Shown piece by piece: positions 40,401 through 48,258 of a DNA stretch of 64,000 nucleotides (position 1 is its first letter; each line of letters begins with the position of its first letter). Under the pieces are notes generated by a model, which searched no databases, was not told where the DNA came from, and saw only the letters and a list, made by a program, of their open reading frames with translations. Source of the DNA: a virus (taxonomy: Duplodnaviria > Caudoviricetes); the IMG/VR virus record IMGVR_UViG_3300010354_000080, positions 1,546 through 65,545 of that record; one strand, written 5' to 3'. The translations under genes and the position numbers were made by a program.

Positions 40401-42561
40401 TGTACCATCTGCTGCAAAGATGGGATTTGGTCAATTTACGTACACAAGGAAGAAGGGTGACGGAACCTACGAACTCTCAGGAGGTACGTCCAGAGCCAAC
40501 AGAAAGAGATTTTATATCAAGGGATTCAACGAGAACGGGGACTCCATCCTTTACACCGGTGATATCCAACTGGTTGAATCGGCTTCGTCTCCAGGATACG
40601 AGTTCCTAGACGACTCTTCCAAGATCTTTGTGTGGGATGCTCAGCAATCCTGCTGGTACGTGAACCTCTCTACATCTCTTATTGTAGAAGAGACCGTAGA
40701 TACCGACGGTGACGGGTACCTCCTGAAGAAGTTTGATTACGCATTCAGATATAAGATTCTGTCTAATCCCGTAGGTTCTCAGGTGTTCTACTCTACCCTG
40801 GACTTCATGTTCCAGAGAGCGGCTCTAACAACCATCAGGGGAATTGATAAGAGAAAATCCGACGATCGTGTGTACAGGATCGTGCTTGAGGGCTTCATCC
40901 GCGATCAAGGAATGAGAAGGCCACAGAACTACTACATTCTGGAAAAGCAACTTGGTGTGAGTGGCTATCCGCTAAACGGCAGTTCTACTCTCGCTACCGA
41001 CCCACTTACCATCTCGCAGATTCGAGACTACGATGAGGTCTTCGAGCCAGAAGCCTATCGTAGAAGACGTGCAGAGAAACTGCCTTCCGATGGTAGGTTT
41101 GTGGCTTATCTTACACAAGCAACCCAGGCTCGTAAAGTTGCTGCTGGGGAGCTCTACCCCGCTCTGGACTATGACGAGCCCGAAAAGACTATCGATCCCG
41201 TCAACTCTATCACCCGCCAGGCCATCGTTGAGATGGCTAATCGCCCCGGAGTAAATCTGAGCAGGAGTATCGAGCCCAGCGTTGATCCCATCTCCCTCAA
41301 AGTGAGATCAAGCTCCTCCACCTCGGGAATCCTTGTTGGCCTCCGCAGACCTTCCGTCATCAGGGCCTCCGGCCATACGTGGGAATGGACCGGTTATCTC
41401 AACTACGATACCGCTTTCCCGACTTTCCAGGGGGAGTCACTAGAGCAGGACTTTGCGCTCGGCAAGATCATCGTTGAAACAAACGGTGGTAAGGTGTACG
41501 CCACCGGAATGAATGAGGAGGGTAGCTTCTACATCGGAACCACAGTCTTCGACCTTAGAACCGGTGAGCAGTTCGCCATCCCGCTCGAAGCGGATAACGA
41601 GCCAGGATCGGTTACCAACCAAGTATTCAATAGCGTTGTTATCAAATCCACACTCGCGCTGAATGACGGCGCGGCAATGTACTTCGGTAATGACACGAGC
41701 CTCTACTTCGACTCGTCGACAACATTTAACACTACAACCGGTCCTATCACCGCAGGGCAGAGTCCTCTTCCGGAGGTTTACGCTACCACGTCCAAAGCCG
41801 GTCTGGTGCAACTTGCCGATGACTCCGTTATCAGAGGGGCCCTAGGATCTGGTAGCCAGGGTATCTCCGACAGAACCGCGGTTACGGCGGCAGCACTCGC
41901 AAGAGAACTCAACGTAAGATTCGATAATAGCCTGGCATCAGGCACCGGAGTAGCAATTACGGAATCGCCTATCGAGCTACCCGGAGGTGATCCTACCGAC
42001 TCTTCAGATAATATCACTCAATTTATGGTGAATATCGGTCTTCCTCTTAGTACCGATAATGTCGCCTTTGCCGGTATGCGTCTTGGAGATCCTTCCACCG
42101 GGCAACTTGTAACGGATGTTGTTAACAGTACCGTCGGTATTAGCAAAAACAGCCCTCAGGATACCAAGCTCGTTACTGAGAAAGCTGTTGTTGATTACCT
42201 AAAAGCACAACCGCTAGTTCTTGTGGTACCCACAGGAGCAGATGGTGGTGGATCAGCCCCCGGCACTGGGTATGAGCACATCGTTGATTTTGTGGTTAAT
42301 AACGTCGTTAGTGCCTCGGCCTATCCCATTGGCCAGGTCCTTAAAGTTGTAAGAAGGTCTCTTAACATCAGTTATGTGGCTCCGTCGCTATTTGAGTACA
42401 AGAGTAACTATATCTCGATCAACTATGTTAGCGATGTTTCTTTTAGCGCAGGAAGCCTAAGCATAGACTTTGCCAGCCTTTACGACGCCTCTGCTCTCGT
42501 TTGGACCTACGTCAATAACGGCACGGCCTTCGTGCTCCAAGGAAATCGCCCGATCCCGTAA
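37405..42561 (+). CDS. long tail fibre protein (cyanophage type)
   Basis: 1718 aa; IYVDPATGDDS..KPFRSIERALIEA, GFKSMVTANFTQVSLQ, RPSVIRASGHTWEWTGYLNY, GGKVYATGMNEEG, YATTSKAGLVQLA. Confidence 0.8.
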   Translation: MLDKIQFQNGTIVPETYLNETQKGSSFSATTSRANYYSEPTDAEHGGWKMGQRDSLKDWEIADPREDNETAVGRLAHDGIVLKSYDPQTGIKEWGPPTLISSGVGAGSYGVWVEAGSIVSSDGQPISWGVQFVSLLSGISTNYIYLDEASAKADITAGNPVELAIGSALPSPSRPHVPLAKLTLNAGGTSLATDEDGSVVGAGYVDLRPNLYVGNLNTYPRILRNTEMVSDSYSAKSWERVIADTSNGSLIVSLPSTPTDSDRIAIVDISGTFDRFPIVIRPGGDTKISNSVDDWIINIRDAHIELFYHAATSEWKFEETPGGDCSPVLGTFLSCGGREFIGQRLATECPDGQVVPAIYPNPPEGVYRYEPSTSKCYKEFYQSVAVYADGQGGLIRVQDAPRCDRVGVTADPTVKNIIYVDPATGDDSISNNGFTQAKPFRSIERALIEAVRESRRSGQYNDRYDRVVIELSPGDYYVDNSPGAGSPGLTANTGLIQRAPSGFKIFAREDLDRAIVIQVDSLNPSSAQPPGSLNLGRILYSQSGGVGNIAKIEKESLNSSIWKVTLEYVRGNFSVNDDLFYDNLSLINPTGGGLIVPRGISINGVDLRKVRVRPMYVPELNPVQEEPQRERTCIFKVTGGSYISLITFTDNPQIPRSHNTVTSVGFASQGEIAGGSVETSYYSKLNSLFGQYDNWGSQGLEAITAETTIVAPIYDSKDLRQTDSEENQTGIPLPDSRVDSSVVYPGASRIRNQGSGDQRTFDLPDINSTRSSSPYVFNCSVRSIFGLNGLHADGALVAGFKSMVTANFTQVSLQTDPTCYTDGSYYLDPPTNKDRGSGKQYRPCPADQFKYRHFGFKGSNNATIQIVSCFVIGNADHFIAESGADLSITNSCSDFGDISLHSVGYKTRSFSQDEGVPSGTYGGTKIIEIVPPKPLSYGVLSSGANPTLVDTEINTGLVLEYTKTKNWYVANSSNGVPPNLIRIYFSNTNAGSPFTASTNVPSAAKMGFGQFTYTRKKGDGTYELSGGTSRANRKRFYIKGFNENGDSILYTGDIQLVESASSPGYEFLDDSSKIFVWDAQQSCWYVNLSTSLIVEETVDTDGDGYLLKKFDYAFRYKILSNPVGSQVFYSTLDFMFQRAALTTIRGIDKRKSDDRVYRIVLEGFIRDQGMRRPQNYYILEKQLGVSGYPLNGSSTLATDPLTISQIRDYDEVFEPEAYRRRRAEKLPSDGRFVAYLTQATQARKVAAGELYPALDYDEPEKTIDPVNSITRQAIVEMANRPGVNLSRSIEPSVDPISLKVRSSSSTSGILVGLRRPSVIRASGHTWEWTGYLNYDTAFPTFQGESLEQDFALGKIIVETNGGKVYATGMNEEGSFYIGTTVFDLRTGEQFAIPLEADNEPGSVTNQVFNSVVIKSTLALNDGAAMYFGNDTSLYFDSSTTFNTTTGPITAGQSPLPEVYATTSKAGLVQLADDSVIRGALGSGSQGISDRTAVTAAALARELNVRFDNSLASGTGVAITESPIELPGGDPTDSSDNITQFMVNIGLPLSTDNVAFAGMRLGDPSTGQLVTDVVNSTVGISKNSPQDTKLVTEKAVVDYLKAQPLVLVVPTGADGGGSAPGTGYEHIVDFVVNNVVSASAYPIGQVLKVVRRSLNISYVAPSLFEYKSNYISINYVSDVSFSAGSLSIDFASLYDASALVWTYVNNGTAFVLQGNRPIP

Positions 42562-42564
42562 CAG

Positions 42565-43080
42565 ATGAACGTTGATTCTCTATATAGAGTAAACCTAATA
42601 GATAACTACGTAACAAACGTAGATGAGATACTAGAGGAGGTGTATATTCACCCCTCCTCGGCATTCAAAGACAGATCCGGGAAATCTCATTTTTATAAAT
42701 TTGACACAATTTGCGGAAGAGGTGCGTCAATGTACACGATGATGTACGACTCATTCTCTCCTAGGCTCAAGGAGCTTTGCGTAAAAACAGTCGATTTTGG
42801 AAGATTTCCTAGGCCCACGGAGATAGCAATAAACCGCTACCCCAGAGGCTCTTATCTTGGCAAGCATAGAGACGGAGCCGGAGGGTATTGGAAGTTTCAG
42901 CTTATATTCCTCAAGTCCACTAGATCCCACTTTACGTGGTACGATAGGGACGATAACCCCCATCTTGTCGAGGAAATTCCAGGCCGAGGACTGGAGATGC
43001 CTTTGCACATCGTCCATGAAAGCACAGAGATCGGTCCCGATGAAGAGGATAAATACAGCATGGTCTTCGTCTGGAAGTAA
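42565..43080 (+). CDS. 2OG-Fe(II) oxygenase-like protein
   Basis: INRYPRGSYLGKHRD (HxD) and distal HES..KYSMVF. Confidence 0.65.
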   Translation: MNVDSLYRVNLIDNYVTNVDEILEEVYIHPSSAFKDRSGKSHFYKFDTICGRGASMYTMMYDSFSPRLKELCVKTVDFGRFPRPTEIAINRYPRGSYLGKHRDGAGGYWKFQLIFLKSTRSHFTWYDRDDNPHLVEEIPGRGLEMPLHIVHESTEIGPDEEDKYSMVFVWK

Positions 43081-43098
43081 TCAAGTTGAAAGATCCAC

Positions 43099-43584
43099 AT
43101 GGAAACAAGTAAAATGAAAAAAATTCTGCTTTTTAACGCTCAAACTGGAGTGTTCTTCAGTTCTTTTGAAGCGGAAGGATTTAATAAAGATGGAATTAAT
43201 CCCGATGCCTTTCTCTATAAGGAGTTAGAGCTGAAAGAAGGTGAGTTCTGGTACGGTGATTACGAGACTGGTCGTGTGTATAAAGAAGGAGAGACTCGTG
43301 TAGTTACACAGACAACTCTTCGCGATAACGCAATTAAGAAGATCTTCTCTAAATACTTCTTTATTGACCAGATCAAGATTATATGTGATCAGTTAAAAAC
43401 CACGCTCCCAGAGGAGAATAGGACTCAAGCGTTCAACGATATGATCTCTTTTATCGATGAAGTTCGCGCAGAATACCATCTCCAAAAGGAAGCGTATTCC
43501 TCCAATCCCGAGATGTACATCTGGATCCCCGATGAGGAAGGCCAAGAGATCGTGAAGAAGCGCTACGAAGGGTTCTTTGAATAG
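43099..43584 (+). CDS. hypothetical protein (possible fibre assembly factor)
   Basis: 161 aa ORF in the fibre operon. Confidence 0.55.
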   Translation: METSKMKKILLFNAQTGVFFSSFEAEGFNKDGINPDAFLYKELELKEGEFWYGDYETGRVYKEGETRVVTQTTLRDNAIKKIFSKYFFIDQIKIICDQLKTTLPEENRTQAFNDMISFIDEVRAEYHLQKEAYSSNPEMYIWIPDEEGQEIVKKRYEGFFE

Positions 43585-43588
43585 GTAG

Positions 43589-43915
43589 ATGAGATTCAGT
43601 TTCTCCAGGTCGGCGTCTGGAGCTAGAGCGCGCGCACCTAAATGGTGGGGGAGGATGCTAGAGGGGCTTCCAAAGTTCTACGTGCCCGCCATACGGCCAA
43701 AGTCCTGGACGCCCGAACTCGCCCAGAAATGGGTGGACTCGATCCCAGCAAAGTGCCCCTTCGAGCGCCAGCTCTGGTGGGGTGATACACTGCTCCTGTA
43801 CGTGCCGCCTCTCTGCCCGCTCAACCCGCTCTCCTCCCAGCTATACGATATCCGCCTCGAAGCCCAGACCTACCTGGCCCGCCTACAAACCTCTAGTAGT
43901 CAGTTTAAAGACTGA
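43589..43915 (+). CDS. Mo-nitro_C (Mo-dependent nitrogenase C-terminal) domain protein, function unknown
   Basis: IPAKCPFERQ..YVPPLCPLNPL..QL..IR..A..YL matches the cyanobacterial family signature IPxxCPFER..IPPLCKLNPL. Confidence 0.8.
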   Translation: MRFSFSRSASGARARAPKWWGRMLEGLPKFYVPAIRPKSWTPELAQKWVDSIPAKCPFERQLWWGDTLLLYVPPLCPLNPLSSQLYDIRLEAQTYLARLQTSSSQFKD

Positions 43916-43956
43916 CATACCTGCACCGACCGATATGGACCCGGTTGTGGTATAAT
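43903..43956 (+). promoter_or_regulatory. late motif plus extended -10 promoter
   Basis: GTTTAAAG at 43903-43910; TGTGGTATAAT ending at 43956. Confidence 0.55.
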
Positions 43957-44017
43957 ACTAGAAGAGTCAAAGAGAGATCTTTTGCTCCAAAGAGACACCT
44001 ACTAAGTGAGAAACACA

Positions 44018-44956
44018 ATGTCCGCAGCTACTTTTTCCGTTACGACCATCGATCTGAGCACCAACGCTCCGCAACTTGCTCCTCTGAGTGGTCGTGAATA
44101 CACCTCCGAGTATACCTCGCTTCCTAACGCCAACCTTCCTAAGGGTCTGCGTAAGGACTTGGATACCGTCTTCCAGTTCCTGACAGGGGAGGACCTCCCA
44201 CTCGATGAGAACACTTTCCTGATCAAATCCCGCGACGGGATCTACTTCCGCCTCTTCGGTCCTGTGCTGAAAGCCGGTGCTGAAGGCGTCGAAGGAACCT
44301 CCGATGGCCAACTCTATATTCAGTGGGGTCCACGTTACCTGCCTCTGAGCGCAGTCAAGGGTGGTTTCACCAAGCCCGATGGTACCGCCATCGAAGCCGA
44401 GTTTGGCTCCTACAACTTTTCCGGTCGTGGGGAGGATCCCGCTCTGTTCCTGAGCGTCGACGTTGAGGATGGCCAACTGGTCCTTCCCGTGGCTGTCCGC
44501 TTCAGCGACTGGGAAAATCCCACCGAGCCTAAGGCCCTCAACGCCCTCCTCAAGAAGAAGCCCGAGGATGTGATCGCTCTTATCCAGAAAGTTGCCGCCA
44601 AGGGCTCCGGATCCAGCGGCCCTCGTATCGAGGCCGATAGCGAAGTCGACTTCCGTGACCTGGACGTTAATGTCCCCTACGAAGTGATCAACTACTACCC
44701 GTGTAAGACCTCCTATGGTCTGACCTATCGCATCATGATCGCCAACTACCCTGAGGAGGGTCAGGTTGCCGGTGCATGGGCCCACTCCTCCATCCGTCCT
44801 CTGCTCTCCACCAAGCCCGAGATCACTCGCGAAAAACCCGCGACTCTGACTCTGCGCTCCAAGGAGGAGCTGGATAACAACAAGATCCGGATTCGCTCCA
44901 CTTTGCTTCTGTCTCGCCAGGAGGCAAGCGAAGAAGACCTGAACCTGGACTTCTGA
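44018..44956 (+). CDS. putative single-stranded DNA-binding protein
   Basis: Strongly biased codons, beta-rich, acidic C-terminal tail ending in Phe (EEDLNLDF); heads the replication/nucleotide region. Confidence 0.45.
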   Translation: MSAATFSVTTIDLSTNAPQLAPLSGREYTSEYTSLPNANLPKGLRKDLDTVFQFLTGEDLPLDENTFLIKSRDGIYFRLFGPVLKAGAEGVEGTSDGQLYIQWGPRYLPLSAVKGGFTKPDGTAIEAEFGSYNFSGRGEDPALFLSVDVEDGQLVLPVAVRFSDWENPTEPKALNALLKKKPEDVIALIQKVAAKGSGSSGPRIEADSEVDFRDLDVNVPYEVINYYPCKTSYGLTYRIMIANYPEEGQVAGAWAHSSIRPLLSTKPEITREKPATLTLRSKEELDNNKIRIRSTLLLSRQEASEEDLNLDF

Positions 44957-44978
44957 GGCTCCCAGACATAGAGAGATT

Positions 44979-45012
44979 GCTCCCTCGGCTCTGCCAAGGG
45001 AGCTTTTCTTTT
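44979..45012 (+). terminator. intrinsic terminator
   Basis: GCTCCCT-cGGC-tct-GCCa-AGGGAGC followed by TTTTCTTTT. Confidence 0.75.
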
Positions 45013-45014
45013 GG

Positions 45015-45022
45015 GTTTAAAG
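45015..45022 (+). promoter_or_regulatory. putative late promoter GTTTAAAG
   Basis: Directly after the terminator, 26 nt before ATG 45049. Confidence 0.65.
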
Positions 45023-45048
45023 ACCTATTACGGTATTTAATCTCTCCC

Positions 45049-45603
45049 ATGGATCACGAAATAAAGATCCCCGAAGGCTGGACGTTGGCGTCATACGCCG
45101 AACCCGGAGCCGATACGGGCAAGACCAAGAAGAACCTAGAGTTAGTCGAGCCGGGACCTCAGTCCGGTGAAGATGACTACCACTCTCAGTACGTTGATCC
45201 AGAAGGAGAGTTCGGAGCGGCGAAAGTAGGCGGAGGAGAAACTCGCTCCTACGAGGGTCCCCATGACAAGGACCTCAACCCGGAGGGTAAGCCCTCCTAT
45301 GACATCGGTCAGCTCCATGTGGAACCTGGTGAGATTGTCGTGGAGCAGGGAGTGCAGCATCGCCGTCCCTACTACCTCGTCACCCATCCCGATGAGGAGT
45401 ACTTCTACTCCGTGGTTCCCAAAGTGAAAAGCACAGCTGAGGAATACCGGAGTCCTAGGAAGCGTACACGCTCCGAGGCACTGGAGATGGCGTATAAGGT
45501 ACTCAACGCCACCCTTCCGGAGTCCGTATCCGACCAGATGCACTATACGTATCCGGAGTCGGAGATCTCTGTCCGTTCCACTGCCGGCCAGCAGCATATG
45601 TGA
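45049..45603 (+). CDS. hypothetical acidic late protein
   Basis: Start moved to MDHEIK, downstream of the terminator and promoter. Confidence 0.6.
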   Translation: MDHEIKIPEGWTLASYAEPGADTGKTKKNLELVEPGPQSGEDDYHSQYVDPEGEFGAAKVGGGETRSYEGPHDKDLNPEGKPSYDIGQLHVEPGEIVVEQGVQHRRPYYLVTHPDEEYFYSVVPKVKSTAEEYRSPRKRTRSEALEMAYKVLNATLPESVSDQMHYTYPESEISVRSTAGQQHM

Positions 45604-45666
45604 CCACGGCCTTCGGCCGATGGGACCAACTCATGATAGAATAAGAGTAATTAGGCTAGAGTCTCC

Positions 45667-46404
45667 GTGCACAACGTTCTGCTAATCTCCGATGTTCACT
45701 CTCGTGATGATGCTCTGGAACGTCTCGTTGATAGGCTATCTGGAGAGATCAACTCCGGATCTCACCTCGTGTTCCTTGGTGATCTATCGGATTGCCGGGA
45801 TAAGCTGTACAGGCCCACCTGCTCCTTTTTGAAGGTCTATAAGCTGGTACGCCAGCTTTGCGACGAAGGATACGCCACCCTCATCCACTCCAATCACGCG
45901 CAGAACCTCACGGATCTGTACCTAAATCGGAGGGACGTTAGGAAGGGAATCGTTGGATTCAAACGTACTCTAGAAGAACTCGAGACTTTGGACGGACCTA
46001 CTCGGGAGGAAATGATCCTGTGGTTAGATTCGAGGCCTCTTACTTATACTTATAATTCCGGAAACGGAAAAACATACAAAGCAGCTCACGCTTTCTACCA
46101 GAAGGATGTGGAAGCTAAATACTCCGAGGGAGGACTTACTCAACAAGAGATCGATCTGACTCTTCGCGGCCGTGAGTCCTCCTGGTTATATCAGGGTCGT
46201 AAAATAACTAAACGTACCGGGTTCTGGCGCAACCCTACTCGTTGGGGTGCTACTGGCTCGGATGTTCTTTGCTCAGGTCACTGGGCAAGAGTCCTTGTCG
46301 AGGACAATTGCGTAGTCAATGATCCCGGAGGAGAAGCCACTGACGGAACTCTGGGTGTATTCGATTGCAACAACCATAGTCTTACAATCCACGAAAACAA
46401 ATGA
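45667..46404 (+). CDS. calcineurin-like metallophosphoesterase
   Basis: ISDVH, FLGDLSD, HSNH, AHA, SGHW motifs; TGATAGAAT upstream. Confidence 0.85.
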   Translation: MHNVLLISDVHSRDDALERLVDRLSGEINSGSHLVFLGDLSDCRDKLYRPTCSFLKVYKLVRQLCDEGYATLIHSNHAQNLTDLYLNRRDVRKGIVGFKRTLEELETLDGPTREEMILWLDSRPLTYTYNSGNGKTYKAAHAFYQKDVEAKYSEGGLTQQEIDLTLRGRESSWLYQGRKITKRTGFWRNPTRWGATGSDVLCSGHWARVLVEDNCVVNDPGGEATDGTLGVFDCNNHSLTIHENK

Positions 46405-47408
46405 CCGGTATTCTTGAACACAACAAAATGGTATTTAAGAAGGATGATGGATTTGACTATCCTGAGTTCTACGACTACTACGAGCGTACTGTGGCGAGCG
46501 TATGGCGCCACCAGGAAGTTGCCATGGAGGGAGACCTTAGAGACTGGCAATTTAACTCAACACCGGACGAAAGAGCGGTTATAGCCGGGATTTTAAAGGG
46601 CTTTGTAAGCGCAGAGTTGGGGATTGGTTGCTACTGGGCAGATAAGGTCTGCAGTATTTTCCCCAAGCCGGAGATCCAGGCCATGGCCCGTGCTTTCTCG
46701 TTCTTCGAGACTATCCACGCCGCTGCCTACTCCTACCTGAATGACGTTCTGGGTCTCAAGGAGTACGAGGAGTTCATCAACGATCCGATCGCCTGCTCTA
46801 AGATCGACACTTTCTTCCAGAGCTACGACGACAAAGTCTCCCTAGCGGTGTTCTCTGGAGCCGGTGAGGGCGTATCGCTATTCAGCTCCTTCGCAGTACT
46901 ACTCAGCTTCAATAAAGATGGACGTTACAAGGGCCTGGCGCAGATCATCTCGTGGTCAGCGATCGACGAGCAGATTCACTCGGAAGCCGGCTGCGCGCTA
47001 TTCCGCCAGTTGGTTAATGAGACGGGCCTCACTCCATCCGAGGAGCAGGCTATTTACGAAGGGTTCCGCCTTGTGGTGGACAAGGAGTTCGCTTTTATTG
47101 ACCACATTTTTAATTCTGCACATATTTCTTCGATCGACTCCGATGAGTTGAAGGCTTACATAACAAACCGTGCTAATGAAAGGCTTCTTACTCTCGGCCT
47201 CGAGCAGATCTTCCACCTCTCAACCGAGGAGCTATCTAAGGCAAAGTCTATCAGCTCGTGGTTTGATCCGACTATCAAAGGAGCTAGTAGCTCGGATTTC
47301 TTCGCTCAGAGCAAGTCCGGAGATAACTACGTTGCGAAGCCTACTCAGGACTATATGAGCGTCGATCTCTCGACCCTGGATCTAGTCTCCTGCCTCTCCT
47401 ACACCTAA
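46401..47408 (+). CDS. nrdB: ribonucleotide reductase class Ia beta subunit
   Basis: ETIHAAAYS, EGVSLFSSFAVLL, DEQIH, SSDFFA..Y. Confidence 0.95.
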   Translation: MTGILEHNKMVFKKDDGFDYPEFYDYYERTVASVWRHQEVAMEGDLRDWQFNSTPDERAVIAGILKGFVSAELGIGCYWADKVCSIFPKPEIQAMARAFSFFETIHAAAYSYLNDVLGLKEYEEFINDPIACSKIDTFFQSYDDKVSLAVFSGAGEGVSLFSSFAVLLSFNKDGRYKGLAQIISWSAIDEQIHSEAGCALFRQLVNETGLTPSEEQAIYEGFRLVVDKEFAFIDHIFNSAHISSIDSDELKAYITNRANERLLTLGLEQIFHLSTEELSKAKSISSWFDPTIKGASSSDFFAQSKSGDNYVAKPTQDYMSVDLSTLDLVSCLSYT

Positions 47409-47426
47409 CGTACACCCGGAGGTCCT

Positions 47427-47588
47427 ATGCCAATCTCAGAACCAATCAGCCTAAAAGACGGAAAATGGTTAGTGCAGACATCGAACGGACCAAAAATTTT
47501 CTCCGACGGAGAGACGGCTTACGACTTCTACTTGATAAATAAGCACAGAGAACAGCAAAAACCCAATGGCAATCCATCCAAACCCTGA
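47427..47588 (+). CDS. small hypothetical protein (53 aa, not in the ORF track)
   Basis: GGAGG SD then MPISEPISLKDGKWLVQTSNGPKIFSDGETAYDFYLINK..; fills the gap after nrdB. Confidence 0.6.
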   Translation: MPISEPISLKDGKWLVQTSNGPKIFSDGETAYDFYLINKHREQQKPNGNPSKP

Positions 47589-47769
47589 TAGAGCAGAGGA
47601 GCTGATGGTCGCTGATCATGGCACAGTATGCCTGATTACCGATCCCAGAGCCGATCTCTACATCAAAAAATACAGGAAGAAAGCGTTCGCTCCTCCGCAG
47701 GATCGATTCTCCAGGCCGTGTGGCGGGCCTGGGGGATTCGACGATTTCGTGGAGAGATGGCATGAGTGA
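47566..47769 (+). CDS. small hypothetical protein
   Basis: 67 aa ending CGGPGGFDDFVERWHE; overlaps both neighbours. Confidence 0.6.
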   Translation: MAIHPNPDRAEELMVADHGTVCLITDPRADLYIKKYRKKAFAPPQDRFSRPCGGPGGFDDFVERWHE

Positions 47770-48172
47770 TCTCGTAAGGCCCGAGGGCTGGAGGGTCAAA
47801 GGTCGAGAGCAGGGAGGCCGCGACTACGCCGACGGGGGAGAACGCTGGAAGCAGTGGAAAGACTCCCCCTACGAGGTAAGCAGCGGAGGCAAGGTTCGCC
47901 GTAAAGGCGATGACTCCCACCGTAAGCCGCGCGATGATGACCGTAAGCACCAGAGAATGAACCTGACGTGGGACGGGAAGAGGGAAGAACCTCCCATCCA
48001 CCAGATGGTCATGGAGCTTTTTGGCCCTCCAAAACCAGCGGGCAAGAATATCGTCATTCTCCACAAGGATAACGACGGAACCAACAACTCCATCTCCAAT
48101 CTGGAGTGGGGGACTAGATCCGAGAACGTGCAGCAGGCCCACGATGACGGTCTGATTAAGCGCAAAAAATAA
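47762..48172 (+). CDS. NUMOD4-type HNH endonuclease
   Basis: ERWKQW..YEVSSGGKVRR; ILHKDNDGTNNSISNLEWGTRSEN. Confidence 0.85.
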   Translation: MSDLVRPEGWRVKGREQGGRDYADGGERWKQWKDSPYEVSSGGKVRRKGDDSHRKPRDDDRKHQRMNLTWDGKREEPPIHQMVMELFGPPKPAGKNIVILHKDNDGTNNSISNLEWGTRSENVQQAHDDGLIKRKK

Positions 48173-48258
48173 CCTACGTTAGTTGGTAAACTAATAACTA
48201 ACGAGCTACTAACAAGGGCTTAAACTTGATATAATAAACCACCGGAAAGTCTATTACT

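Noticed and set aside
37405-42561. Diversity-generating retroelement targeting a fibre gene
   Set aside because: No reverse transcriptase and no template/variable repeat pair seen in this window
43589-43915. Nitrogen-fixation gene
   Set aside because: The Mo-nitro_C domain has no demonstrated nitrogenase role and no nif genes are present
43967-44785. 272-aa antisense ORF, and similar ones at 57817-58665, 25244-26047 and 21798-22379
   Set aside because: Shadow frames of codon-biased sense genes, with no motifs or expression signals
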